A program made the translations under genes and the position numbers. This document shows, piece after piece, positions 12,737-24,179 of a stretch of DNA of 64,000 bases. The stretch spans positions 19,034,001 through 19,098,000 of the forward strand of contig OX597829.1 in the NCBI GenBank assembly GCA_951406725.2, read 5' to 3'. The notes under the pieces are model-generated. The model saw only the letters and a program-made list of their open reading frames with translations, searched no databases and had not been told where the DNA came from. The DNA is from Octopus vulgaris. Its lineage: Eukaryota. How positions within the stretch are numbered: position 1 is the first letter of the stretch; each line of letters starts with the position of its first letter.

Positions 12737-13147
12737 GATGGTAGTGGGTAGCTGTTTTCTTCACTACTTCAGGGAGTGACCACCCTGCCTGACACAAGTC
12801 CTGGGCTCAGCTCGCTCCAGCTGACAGTACCCGGTATGGGTCCCTATCCAGGGTTACGGAAAGGAGACAATCTTCAAAGAAATCTGGAATGGAGCCCCGT
12901 AGGCGGTTTAGTGTTCTTCCGGCAGCTTCTGCAACCAAGCTGGTGCCAAAAGTAATGCTCTGCACTCCTTTGTACTATGTCAGCAAGGTCAAGAAAGGAA
13001 TCCTGATGATTGGGCTACCCAGGATTTTCTTACATTTAGCCCAGGCCTGCGCAAAACTGGAGAGGACATGAAATGTAAAAACCAGACTGGATTAGTTTAT
13101 GCGCAACTCCATTGTCTCCCAAGACAAAAGGATGCCAGCAACAACAA
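12730..13147 (+). mobile_element. GC-rich non-autonomous retroposon resembling Ingi/Vingi 5' sequence
   Basis: TTCCGGCAGCTTCTGCAACCAAGCTGGTGCCAAA segment recalled from Vingi-type elements; short (CAA)n end. Confidence 0.45.
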
Positions 13148-13159
13148 TAGGTACATGCA

Positions 13160-13375
13160 AGGTGGTGAGCTAGCAGAATCCTTAGCATGCCAGGCAAAAT
13201 GCTTAGTGGCATTTCAGCTGCCCTTATATTCTGGGTTCAATATCTGGTGAGGTTGGCTTTGCTTTTCATCCATTAACAGTCGATAATATAAATACCAGTT
13301 GAACTCTGGGGTCACTGTAATCGACTTAGCCCATTACCCTGAAATTTCTGGGCTTGTGCCAAAATTTGAAACCAA
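13160..13375 (+). mobile_element. MetaSINE-like SINE family B
   Basis: GGTGGTGAGCTAGCAGAA head and degenerate GCTTTTCATCC...GTCGATAA...TACCAG Meta-like core. Confidence 0.7.
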
Positions 13376-14492
13376 TATATTACAAGTGCATGTATGTCAT
13401 ACATTATAGATACAGGTATAGCTATGTAGTCAGTGGTTTGCTTTCCGACCCAATGGTTTTGGGTTCAGTTCCACTGTGTGACGTCATGAGTAGATCTGGT
13501 CTTGTGGATCTGGTGGGTGGAAACTGAAAGAACCCCATCGTATATATTTGTGTGTTTATGTGTACATGTGTGTGTGTATTCTTTTATTCTTTCATGTGTG
13601 TCACTAATTTAACTGTGACCATGCTGGAGCACCACCTTAAAAGCTTTTTAGTTCAAGAACTCAACCCCAGGACTTATTCTTTGTAAGCCTGGTACTTATT
13701 CTATCAGTGTCTTTTGCTGGACTGCTAAGTTATGGAGATGTAAGCATACCAGCATTGGTTGTCAAGTGATGTGGGATGGGGACAAACACAGACACAAAGA
13801 CATACACATATAAATATATGCATATATATATAATATAATATAAATAATATATAAATATATGCATATATGCATACATATATGTATATACCCACATATATAT
13901 GTATACATACATATATGGATACAGGACATCAAAAAGACGTAGACACAATGAGAAACAAAAACATAGAAAATGAACTTTTTTTCGTACAACGAAAAGAAAA
14001 CAAACATGAGACATACAACATAAAGAATATTCCCTTCATCAGTTGTCCCTGCTTTATCTATTCTGCGTTTTGAAGGTAAGGACAATATGCGACTTCATTA
14101 AAACAGACCTTCCCGCAAAGCAAATTGAATAAAATTTGGGATTTTTTGCAGAGGGTGAAAGTGGTAACAAAAACAGGACAGTGAGAACAAAACAGTAAAA
14201 ACAAACGGTGAGGGTTGTTAAGCCAAGACGATGTGAGGTGATGAATGATGGAAAATTGAGCTTTGAGAAGAGACAGATAAAAGCACATCAAGTCTCTAGG
14301 AAGGAAGTGGAAGAAAGAAAGATGGATGGCCGTTGGTCATGTGTGAGCAACAAGAGAGTCAAGGAGGAAGAGTGAGAGAGAGAGAGGGAACAGTGAAGGG
14401 GAGAGGAGAAGAATAGGGAAAGGGTGAGAGAGAAAAACAGAAAAGAAGAACAAGATAAAACTTGGAAAAGGATGCGTATATTTATATATAAT

Positions 14493-15059
14493 GTGTGTTA
14501 TGAGCATTTATAGAACACATATCCTATAGAAACTCAACAAACTATTAAAGATGGAGAAGAGGTGTTAAAAGTTTTAAAAGAATTTAATTCATGCATATGA
14601 TTGTTTCGAAAGTTAATATTAACATATAAATAACATGGTAAAAAAAATTAGAAATTGATTCAATTATAATTAAATATTACTGTTTTGAATGGTAATATTA
14701 ACATGTAAATAACATGGTAAATAAAATTAGAAATTAATTCAATTATAATTAAATTAATTTCTGATTTTTTTTACCATGTTATTTTCATGTTAATATTACC
14801 ATTCAAAATGATCGTATGCATAGATTAAATTCTTTAAAAATTTTTAACATCTTCTCTTCTCCATCTTTAATAGCTTGTTGAGTTTCTATAGGATATTTGT
14901 TCTATAAATACTCATAACACACCTTATATTTGTAGCATTTTCATATTCGAAAAATTCTTACAACAGTAAGTTACCATTGAAATATGAAGAATCTTTATAA
15001 GAAATCGACTTTTGGAACCCACCAAAGTAAAGGATGAAATAGAACTCAACCTTTCTCTC

Positions 15060-15060
<1 letters not shown>
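14493..15060. repeat. Penelope-type fold-back terminal repeat remnant in (TA)n
   Basis: 14493-14700 is inverted to 14740-14922; internal duplication of about 65 bp; related copy at 55240-55437. Confidence 0.7.
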
Positions 15061-15157
<97 letters not shown>

Positions 15158-16040
15158 GTTTCTTTCAGTTTCCATCTACCATATCCACACACAAGGCTCT
15201 GGTCAGTCCAAGGCTATAGTAGAAAACACCTGCCCATGGTGCCATGCAGTGGGACTGAACCTGGAGACTTGTGGTTGGGAAGTTTGCACCTACGTGTATA
15301 TAAAAAAAAGAGAAAAAGAAAAAGACCAGTGGAATAAGTAGTGGAATTGATCTGTTCAACTAAAAGCCTTTAAAACTGGTATCCCAGCATGGCCATGGAT
15401 CATTGATTGGAACAAGTAAAATAAAAAGATTCAAAAAGAAAAACAAGATAAAAGATGTCATTTCTAATCCCAAAGATTTAGGGTTGTACACATGTTATCA
15501 ACGAAGCATTTGTTACAAGTCCAACTTTATACACTTCTCTCTTTATACACTTCCTTCTCTCTTCCTTTCTCTCCCTTCCCCATTCCCACCAACCGCTTTC
15601 TCTCTCTCCCTTTCCCCTCCCATCAACCTCACTTTCTCTCTTCATCTTTCACATATGTATGCATCAAGTATACACTGGGTTGACTATTACATAATTCTGA
15701 GCCCCCCAGAAACAGCTGTTGGACTTGAAATTCCGTGCCCCCTCCCCTTAGTTTTCAGCATATTTTTGTACTGCATGTAAATTTGTTCTATAAATATACA
15801 AATATCTACATGCTTATAGATGACTATTTTCAGTGTTTGTTTTTATCTCTTTCTATATAATATATTCCTACATTTATATATACATGGATATATGTATATA
15901 TGTGTATTTTATATAGTAAGCTCAAGTGTGTTTATCTGCATCACTGTTTCTCTCTCTCTCTCTCTCTTTCTTTCTCTATGCACTCATATATCTGTCAATA
16001 GAGTGGGTATGTTATCCAAAGTGTACAGTATCACATATCC

Positions 16041-16140
16041 ATCACAGCTGATCTTACCAATCGGTTTCGTGCTAGGAGTACTACAGAGTGTTAGGTAACA
16101 AACCAATTATATAATCCTACACTCATCAGAGGTAGCCGAT
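16041..16140 (-). ncRNA. Type I hammerhead ribozyme motif within fold-back 16012-16277
   Basis: Minus strand: CGGCTACCT-CTGATGA-GTG..(long stem II)..CAC-GAAA-CC GATT GG-TA-AGATCAGCTG. Confidence 0.7.
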
Positions 16141-16311
16141 ATGGAATAAAATATGGTGTCATATTTCATTCTATATCGGCTACCTCTGATGAGCATGAAG
16201 TTATATAGTACCCCTAGTGCAAAACTGATTGGTAAGATCAGCCGTGATGGATATATAATACTATACACTGCAGATAATATATATATATGTGTAGTGCTTC
16301 CACACTGTTTT

Positions 16312-16498
16312 TTATTTCTTTATTGGGATTAAGTTGATTACATCGACCCCAGTGCATAACTGGTACTTAATTTATCGACCCCGAAAGGATGAAAGGCAAA
16401 GTTGACCTCAGCGGAATTTGAACTCAGAACGTAACGGCAGACGAAATACCGCTAAGCATTTCGGCCAGTGTATTAACGTTTCTGCCAGCTTGCCGCTT
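16312..16498 (-). mobile_element. MetaSINE-like family B with TSD
   Basis: Meta-like core TTTGCCTTTCATCCTTTCGGGGTCGATAAA; flanking direct repeat TTCCACACTGTTT. Confidence 0.88.
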
Positions 16499-16913
16499 TT
16501 CCACACTGTTTCTGTCCACCAAATTCTTCACTCACAAGGAATTGGTCAGCCAGAGACAGCAGTGGATGAAATTTGCTTTAGGTGTAGCTGCCACACAGTG
16601 GGACTGAACCTGGAACCACATGGTTGTGAAGAAAGCTGCTTAACCGCAAAGTCATGCCCATAAACATGACATCAGAGTTTCATATAACTCTGCAAGGAAA
16701 GAGGATATAAACATTATGTTGCAGTAAAAAAAAAAAGAAAACGTGTGTATAAAAATAGACCAAACTAATTAATATCAAACACACTGACACTTTAAATTGC
16801 TGTATGCTTTACACAGATTATTTACAGTAAACCTGCCGCCACTACCATCACTGCCACCACCATCACCGCCACCACCACCACCCACCTACAAATAAACAAA
16901 TACACGCACGTAC

Positions 16914-16947
<34 letters not shown>

Positions 16948-17029
16948 TATGCACGTGTATGCAATCAAACATTGTAGATAAAAATGTATAAAACATATTT
17001 ATAGTGTACCACTTGTAATAAAATGACAA

Positions 17030-17200
<171 letters not shown>

Positions 17201-17364
17201 CTTCTGTGTCACAGAATCTCTTGCAGCAGGAAGAAGAATAAAAAAATTTCCATTTTTTTCCCTTTTATTTTCTAATTGACTATAATTTTTGAAACTCGAG
17301 TGCCTTCAGTTGTCTCCACCAATAAATCCTGTTGACTCATGTGTTGGTCACCCTGTTGCTAACA

Positions 17365-17366
<2 letters not shown>

Positions 17367-17409
<43 letters not shown>

Positions 17410-17655
17410 ACTACTACTACTACTATTACCACTACCACCACCACCACTACTACCACTACCATTACCACCATCACCACAACCACCACTACAGCTATTACTA
17501 CTAGTACTACTACTACACAACTGCCATTACCACCACCACCACCACCTCCACCACTACTACCACCACAACCACTACCATTACCACCACCACCATCATCCCC
17601 ACCACCCCACCACCACCACTACTACTATACTACTATTACTATACTACTATTACTA

Positions 17656-17693
<38 letters not shown>

Positions 17694-17740
17694 ATAATAA
17701 TAATAATAATAAACTAAGAAGAAGAAGAAGAAGAAGAATC
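17367..17740. repeat. Compound trinucleotide repeat (GCT)(ACT)(ACC)(AAT)(AAG)
   Basis: Directly visible. Confidence 0.95.
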
Positions 17741-17759
17741 ATTCTTAGCCTACCAATGT

Positions 17760-18760
17760 ATATAATGAGTCTCTTTGCACTAGGTGTCGTGAAGACACTT
17801 TTCAAGAAAAATAGAAAGAAGAGGATAATAATGAAAATAATAAACAGCCAGTAAGAGAGAAGAAATCCAACTCTGTATGGAATTACATGTTCAGTTTCAC
17901 TATAAAACCAACAAATTAAAAGAGCAGGAAGCATCATGGAGATGGTTCAGCAAGGGTGACCTAAAAAGAAGACAGAAAGCCTAATCATTGCAGCCTAGGA
18001 TCAGGTATTAAATACCAACTTAGTGAAAAAGAATGTATACTACATGAGTGCAACAGATCTCAGCAGAATGTGTGGGAAGAAGGTCGAAAGCGTGACTCAC
18101 ATTGTTAGTGTTTGTGAAAGTCTTGCGCAGAAAGAGTACAAGCATAGATACAGCAAGGTAGCCCAAAACCTCCACTGGCTACTATGCTCTAAGTATGGAT
18201 ATGAGGTTACAGGTGCTTGGTACCAACATACACCAGAAAAGGTAATGGAACGAAAAGGGGAAGGCAAAAATCCTCTGGGACTTTGACTTCCAGACAGACA
18301 AGGTGTTAGAGCATCAAAGGCCGGATTTAGTAACCTTTAGGAGGGAGAAACAAGAGTGCCTGATAATCGATGTGGCAGTGCCAGGAGATCAACATATCAT
18401 CATGAAAGAAAGAGAAAAGTTTGGTAAATATGGAGACCTGAGAATTGCGATTGCTAAGATGTGGTAGCTACGAGACTCAAACATAAAGGTTATCCCTATT
18501 GTCATCAGAGCATTGGGTTCAATACCAGCCAATCTGAAAAATATGCTTGCAGTTCTGAAAATGAAACATCTAAAAACCTTAGAATTACCCTACAACCAAG
18601 ATGTATTGCAAAGGTTGGCATTACTTGGAACTGCACACATATTGCATAAAGTAGTGACTGTCTGAGGTCCTTGTTGTGACTTGACAAACAGTACAAACCC
18701 CCTGGTAGACAAAATATCTTCAATTAATAACCTCACAATATTGTATACTGTGTGACGTTT
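17760..18760 (+). mobile_element. R4/Dong-like LINE 3' fragment (Zn knuckle plus restriction-like endonuclease), pseudogenised
   Basis: RMCGKKVESVTHIVSVC, KILWDFDFQTD, RPDLV, IIDVAVP, EKFGKY and LLGTAHIL motifs; flanked by (AAT)n. Confidence 0.88.
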
Positions 18761-18782
18761 ATAATAATAATAATAGTAATAA

Positions 18783-18998
18783 TCTTTTCTACTCTAGGCA
18801 CAAGGCCCAAAATCTTTGGGGAGGGGGCCAATTGGTTAGATTAACCCCAGTACACAACTGGTACTTTATTTATTGACCCTGAAAGGATGAAATGCAAAGT
18901 CGACCTTGGCAGAATTTGAACTCAGAACATAAAGACAGAGGAAATACCACTAATCATTTTGCTTGGTGTGCCAACGTTTCTTCCAGCTCGCCGCCTTA
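18783..18998 (-). mobile_element. MetaSINE-like family B; further copies at about 19525-19705, 21150-21298, 49908-50112
   Basis: Meta-like core and GGCGGCGAGCTGG head. Confidence 0.85.
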
Positions 18999-19004
18999 AT
19001 AATA

Positions 19005-19265
19005 ATCATCATCATCATCATCATTTAGCGTCCGTTTTCCATGCTAGCATGGGTTGGACGGTTCAACTGGGGTCTGTGAAGCTGGAAGGCTTCATCAGGC
19101 CCAGTCAAATCTGGCAGTGTTTCTATGGCTGGATGCCCTTCCTAACGCCAACCACTCCGTGAGTGTAGTGGGTGCTTTTTACGTGCCACCTGCACAGGTG
19201 CCAGACAGAGCTGGCAAACGGCCACGAACGGATGGTGCTTTTACGTGTCACCAACACGGGGGCCA
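19005..19265 (-). mobile_element. RTE 3' end, same subfamily as 63380-64000 and 49163-49405
   Basis: Near-identical to 63381-63640. Confidence 0.88.
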
Positions 19266-19463
19266 AATGATAATAATAATAATAATAATAATTATAATAA
19301 TAATAACAATAATAATTATAATAATAATTATAATAATAATAACAATAATGATAATAATAATAATAATAATTATAATAATAATAACAATAATAATTATAAT
19401 AATAATTATAATAATAATAACAATAATGATAATAATAATAATAATAATTATAATAATAAAAAC

Positions 19464-19525
<62 letters not shown>

Positions 19526-19711
19526 TCCTTTCAACTAAAGGCGCAAGGCCTGAAATTTTGATGGAGAGAGTAAGTTGATTACATCAACCTCAATGCTCAA
19601 CTGGTACTTATCTTATTGATCCCGAAAGGGTGAAAGTCAAAGTCGACCACAGTGGAATTTGAACTCAGAACACAAAGACAGATGAAATGTTGCCAAGCAT
19701 TTTGCCTACTA

Positions 19712-19729
19712 TTGCTGCTGCTGCTGCTG

Positions 19730-19778
<49 letters not shown>

Positions 19779-19794
19779 AACAACTACTACTACA

Positions 19795-19859
<65 letters not shown>

Positions 19860-20076
19860 CACTACTACAACTACTACTACCACTGCTACTACCACCACTG
19901 CTACTGCCACCGCTGACACCACCACAACCACCACCCCCACCACCACCACTGCCACCACTACTACCACCAGCACCAGCACCACTACTACTACAACTACTAC
20001 TACTACCACTGCTACCACCACAACCACCACCACCACCACCACCACCACTACTACTACTACTACCACCACCACCACC

Positions 20077-20128
<52 letters not shown>

Positions 20129-20130
20129 AT
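19712..20130. repeat. Compound (GCT)(ACT)(ACC)(ACT) microsatellite
   Basis: Directly visible. Confidence 0.95.
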
Positions 20131-20583
20131 GAGCTGAAAATCTAAGTCTCTGCACAGTCATGGGTGTTAGTCATCTGTTTCATGTATTCTTCCTGGTGTT
20201 GTTCTTCTGTTTGCAAATGAAAAATCTGTCTTCATTGATCCCCACTTTGAGTTCCATGCTGCCACTATGATGGAACCACAAAGTCTGTGAATGTGTGTGT
20301 GTGTGTGTGTATCTGTCTGTCTGTGTTTTGGCATGTATGCACATATATGTATGTATGTGTTCATGTATGCATGTATATATGTGTGTGTGTGTGTATTTAT
20401 GCATGTATATATTTGTGTGTGTGTTTTTATGCATGTATATATTTGTGTGTGTATATATGTATGCCAGTGTTATTGTGTTTGCTCCTATATATGTGTGTAT
20501 ATATGTATATATATGCATGTATGTATGTTTTTACATGTGTATGTATATATGCTTGCATGTATGTATGTAAGTATGTATATATA

Positions 20584-20618
<35 letters not shown>

Positions 20619-20634
20619 TTATTTTATAGAAGGA

Positions 20635-20683
20635 GCTTCTACAGGACTAGAGCTGTTTCATTCAGATGAAATCTTCAGGAAGC
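20635..20683 (-). ncRNA. Type I hammerhead ribozyme motif
   Basis: GCTTC-CTGAAGA-TTTCATCTGAAT-GAA-ACAG CTCTAGTC CTGT-A-GAAGC. Confidence 0.72.
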
Positions 20684-20730
20684 TTCCTGAAGATTTCATC
20701 TGAATGAAACAGCTCTAGTCCTGTAGAAAC
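20682..20730 (+). ncRNA. Type I hammerhead ribozyme motif (mirror copy)
   Basis: Same motif on the plus strand with one stem I mismatch (GAAAC). Confidence 0.68.
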
Positions 20731-20813
20731 TCCTTCTATAAAATAAATTACTTTACTCTGCTATGTATTGAGTACCTTATTTACTGTGGTTAACCCTGAC
20801 TCAACCCGGGACC

Positions 20814-20860
<47 letters not shown>

Positions 20861-21297
20861 AGAAATGAGATGGCCTATTTGGTCATATACAGTTGTTTTG
20901 TGGTTAGCAAAGAGAATGGGTGACATGAGAAGTTTTCCTTTTCCTGGATGCACCAAGTTGAATATCAGAACAGAACTTTCCTTATATTTTCCTTGGACAT
21001 GGTAAAGTTCTGTAAATAAAAAAAGCACAATTGATTGGTTCATGGCTGAACAAATCAAGTGCAGAGGGCGTCACTTATATCTTGTGTTCCTGGTGGAAGT
21101 GCTAAGGAATATTGGACTTCTAGAAATTTTGAATCAAAGTGCTTTTAGTAATATTGACTTTAAATTTTGGCACAAAGCCAGCAATTTTGGATGGATGGCT
21201 GGGGGTGGGGTTAAATCGATTATATTGAATCCCAGAGTTCAGCTCGTACTTATTTTATTGACCCCCCAAAAGGATGAAAGTCAAAGATGGCAGAATT

Positions 21298-22238
21298 TGA
21301 GGAGACCTGTCGAGTCAAGTGCATATACATGAATATCGAACCAAATACCAATGGAAACAGTAGCTGTGATACCTGTGCCGGTGACACATAAAAAGCACAA
21401 ACCGAACGTGGCCGTTGCCAGTGCAGCCTTGACTGGCTTCTGTGCCGGTGGCACACAAAAAGCACCATCCGAACGTGGACCAATGCCAACCCCACCTCGA
21501 ATGGCTTCTGTGCCGGTGGCACATAAAAAAGCACCATCCGAACGTGGCCAATGCCAGCACCGCCCCGACTGGCTTCTGTGCCGGTGGCACATAAAAAGCA
21601 CCATCCGAGCGTGGCCGACGCCAGCACCGCCTCGACTGGCTTCTGTGCCGGTGGCACATAAAAAGCACCATCCGAGCGTGGCTGACGCCAGCACTGCCTC
21701 GACTGGCTTCTGTGCCGGTGGCACAAAAAAAGCACCAACTGATCGTGGGATCCCGGAACATCTCGCTGTGCTTGAGGAGACCTGTTGAGTCAAGTGCATG
21801 TACATGAACATCGAACCAAATATCAATGGAAACAGTAGTTGTGATACCTGTGCCGGTGACACATAAAAAGCACCATCCGAACGTGGCCATTGCCAGTGCA
21901 GCCTCCACTGGCTTCTGTGCCGGTGGCACATAAAAAGCACCATCCGAACGTGACCAATGCCAACCCTGCCTCGAATGGCTTCTGTGCCGGTGGCACATAA
22001 AAAGCACCATCCGAACGTGGCCGATGCCAGACCCCTCTGGCACCTGTGCAGGTGGCACGTAAAAAGCACCCACTACACTCGCGGAGTGGTTGGCATTAGG
22101 ACGGGCATCCAGCTGTAGAAACACTGCCAGATCAGACTGGAGCCTGGGGCAGCCCCTGGCTCCCCAGACCCCGGTCGAACCGTCCAACCCGTGCTAGCGC
22201 GGAAAACGGACATTAAACGATGATGATGATGATGATGA
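21298..22238 (+). mobile_element. RTE 3'UTR with duplicated 67-bp unit arrays
   Basis: GGTGGCAC units at 21380, 21447, 21515, 21583, 21650, 21717, then a UTR restart and units at 21855, 21922, 21989, 22051; (GAT)n tail. Confidence 0.9.
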
Positions 22239-22267
22239 TATATATATATATATATATATATGATAAT

Positions 22268-22647
22268 AATAATAATAATAATATTAGGGAGTATAACTCC
22301 AAACATACAGGGAAAAATTCAATTTAGTATTAAATCAAATTTCACAATATATATATATCACGTGATCACGTGACCGACCAGACCATCAGATGTTGTTACA
22401 CATCGCTGGTCACAATGCGTTTGCATTGTTTTTAGCCTTCGAATGACGGCACCCCGCTGGCTAAGCGAGCAGGCCAACAGAAGAAAGAGTGGGAGAAAGA
22501 GTGGTGAAAGAGTACAGCAGGGATCACCACCCCCTGCCAGAACCTTGTGGAGCTTTTAGATGTTTTCGCTCAATAAACACTCACAACGCCCGGTCTGGGA
22601 ATCGCGACCGTGAGTCCGCTGCCCAAACCACTAGGCCATTGCGCCTC

Positions 22648-22721
<74 letters not shown>

Positions 22722-23080
22722 ACATATAAATTAGAGATAAAACCACTATTATGCAATTCAAACAATGATAGACATATGTATATATATATTAGGCAAATCA
22801 TACAATGAAAAACTTAAGCCAATACATAAGATTAATTAATTTATATTATTTTAAATATATAACAAAATTATTAAAAAAATAGAAAAATAATTTTGTTATA
22901 TATTTAAATAATATAAATTAAATAATCTTATGTATCGGCTTAAGTTTTTCATTGTATGATTTGCCTAATAGTGGTTTTATCTCTAATTTAATATAATATA
23001 ATTTTTTACTATAAAATTGGATTCAATCCTAAATCTGATTTTTCCCTGTAAGTTTGGATTTATTCCCTAATATTTATTAT
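22268..23080. repeat. Penelope-type fold-back remnant (family of 45868-47315) interrupted by a SINE
   Basis: 22787-22872 inverted to 22886-22970; 22268-22350 inverted to about 23010-23080. Confidence 0.7.
22358..22650 (-). mobile_element. tRNA-derived SINE family D
   Basis: Head GTGGAGGCGCAATGGCCTAGTGG...GATTCCCAGACCGGG; tail (CACGTGAT) repeats. Confidence 0.75.
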
Positions 23081-23666
23081 GATATATGTATGTATGTGCG
23101 TGTGTGTGTGTATGTATGTATGTATGTATGTATGAATGTATGTATGTGTTGTGGCAAGAGTATGATACCCTCTGACAAGAATAGACAGGACCACTACATA
23201 TAAATAATGGTGGTCTGACATAGTGGGCAGTTTGTAGTTTGGTCTTCAAAGTCCAGGTACAGTTTACAGTTAAAGTTAGTGTGTTGGAAATATTGATTGT
23301 TGGTTCATAAATCATTGTTTGTTTGCTGCATGTTTGTTACTGCTGCTGTTTCTATTTTGTATTGTTACAACATTGTTACAATGTGTTCTTTATCTATCAT
23401 CGACATTATCAACCATGCTACGAGATAGTGGAGGCATAATGATATATCATCTGGTGACGAGGACTTTTCGAAGCTCATGTGGGTTATTTGACAATATATT
23501 CTTATTCTTTACTTGTTTCAGTCATGTGACTGTGGGCATGCTGGAGCACCACCTTTAGTCAAACAAATCAGCCCCAGGACTTATATTTTGTAAGCCTAGT
23601 AATTATTCTATTAGAATAAGTAACACTAAGTCACAGGGACATAAACACTCCAACATTGGTTACCAA

Positions 23667-23732
<66 letters not shown>

Positions 23733-23749
23733 CAGGCTTCTTTCAGTTA

Positions 23750-23995
23750 CTTATTTCTTTATTTACTTATTACTTATTACTTATTTCTTTATATATAGAG
23801 GGGACAAACAAGGACAGACAAAAGGATTAATTCGATTACATCGATCCCAGTGCGTAACTGGAACTTAATTTATCGACCCCAAAAGGATGAAAGGCAAAGT
23901 CAACCTAGGCAGAATTTGAACTCAGAACGTAAAGACAGACAAAATACCACTAAGCATTTTGCCTGGCAGGCTAAAGTTTCTGCCGGTTCACCACC
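23750..23995 (-). mobile_element. MetaSINE-like family B nested in a family A SINE (23505-24150)
   Basis: Flanking direct repeat CTTCTTTCAGTT splits the family A copy. Confidence 0.85.
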
Positions 23996-24179
23996 TTCTT
24001 TCAGTTTCCGTCTACCAAATCCACTCACAAGGCTTTGGTCGACCCGGAGCTGTAGTAGAAGACCCTTGCCCATGGTGCCATGAAGTGGGACTAAATCCAG
24101 AACTGTGTGGTTGGGAAGCAAGCTTCTTACCACACAGCCATTCCTGCACTAACTTGTGCATCATGCAAATTGTTAAATT

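Larger units (their letters stand above)
20617..20815. mobile_element. Penelope-type fold-back insert: 132-bp palindrome plus unique tail, in (TA)n
   Basis: 20617-20748 palindrome with one mismatch, centre AAG|CTT; tail shared with 36126-36195. Confidence 0.85.

Noticed and set aside
14030-14075. CTGATGA on the minus strand in a PLE-like repeat (also at about 51460)
   Set aside because: Could not identify a correctly placed GAAA, stem III and cleavage triplet
19652-20145. Poly-Thr/Pro/Leu mucin- or formin-like ORFs
   Set aside because: All frames are open because of trinucleotide repeats; no splice or domain context
21380-22070. CRISPR-like appearance of regularly spaced repeats
   Set aside because: Units are homologous along their whole length with no unique spacers, lie in a LINE 3'UTR, and no cas genes are present in this eukaryotic context
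21250-22187. Long Cys/His-rich ORFs of 262-290 aa
   Set aside because: Antisense read-through of the RTE 3'UTR array; the peptide frame shifts with each 67-bp unit
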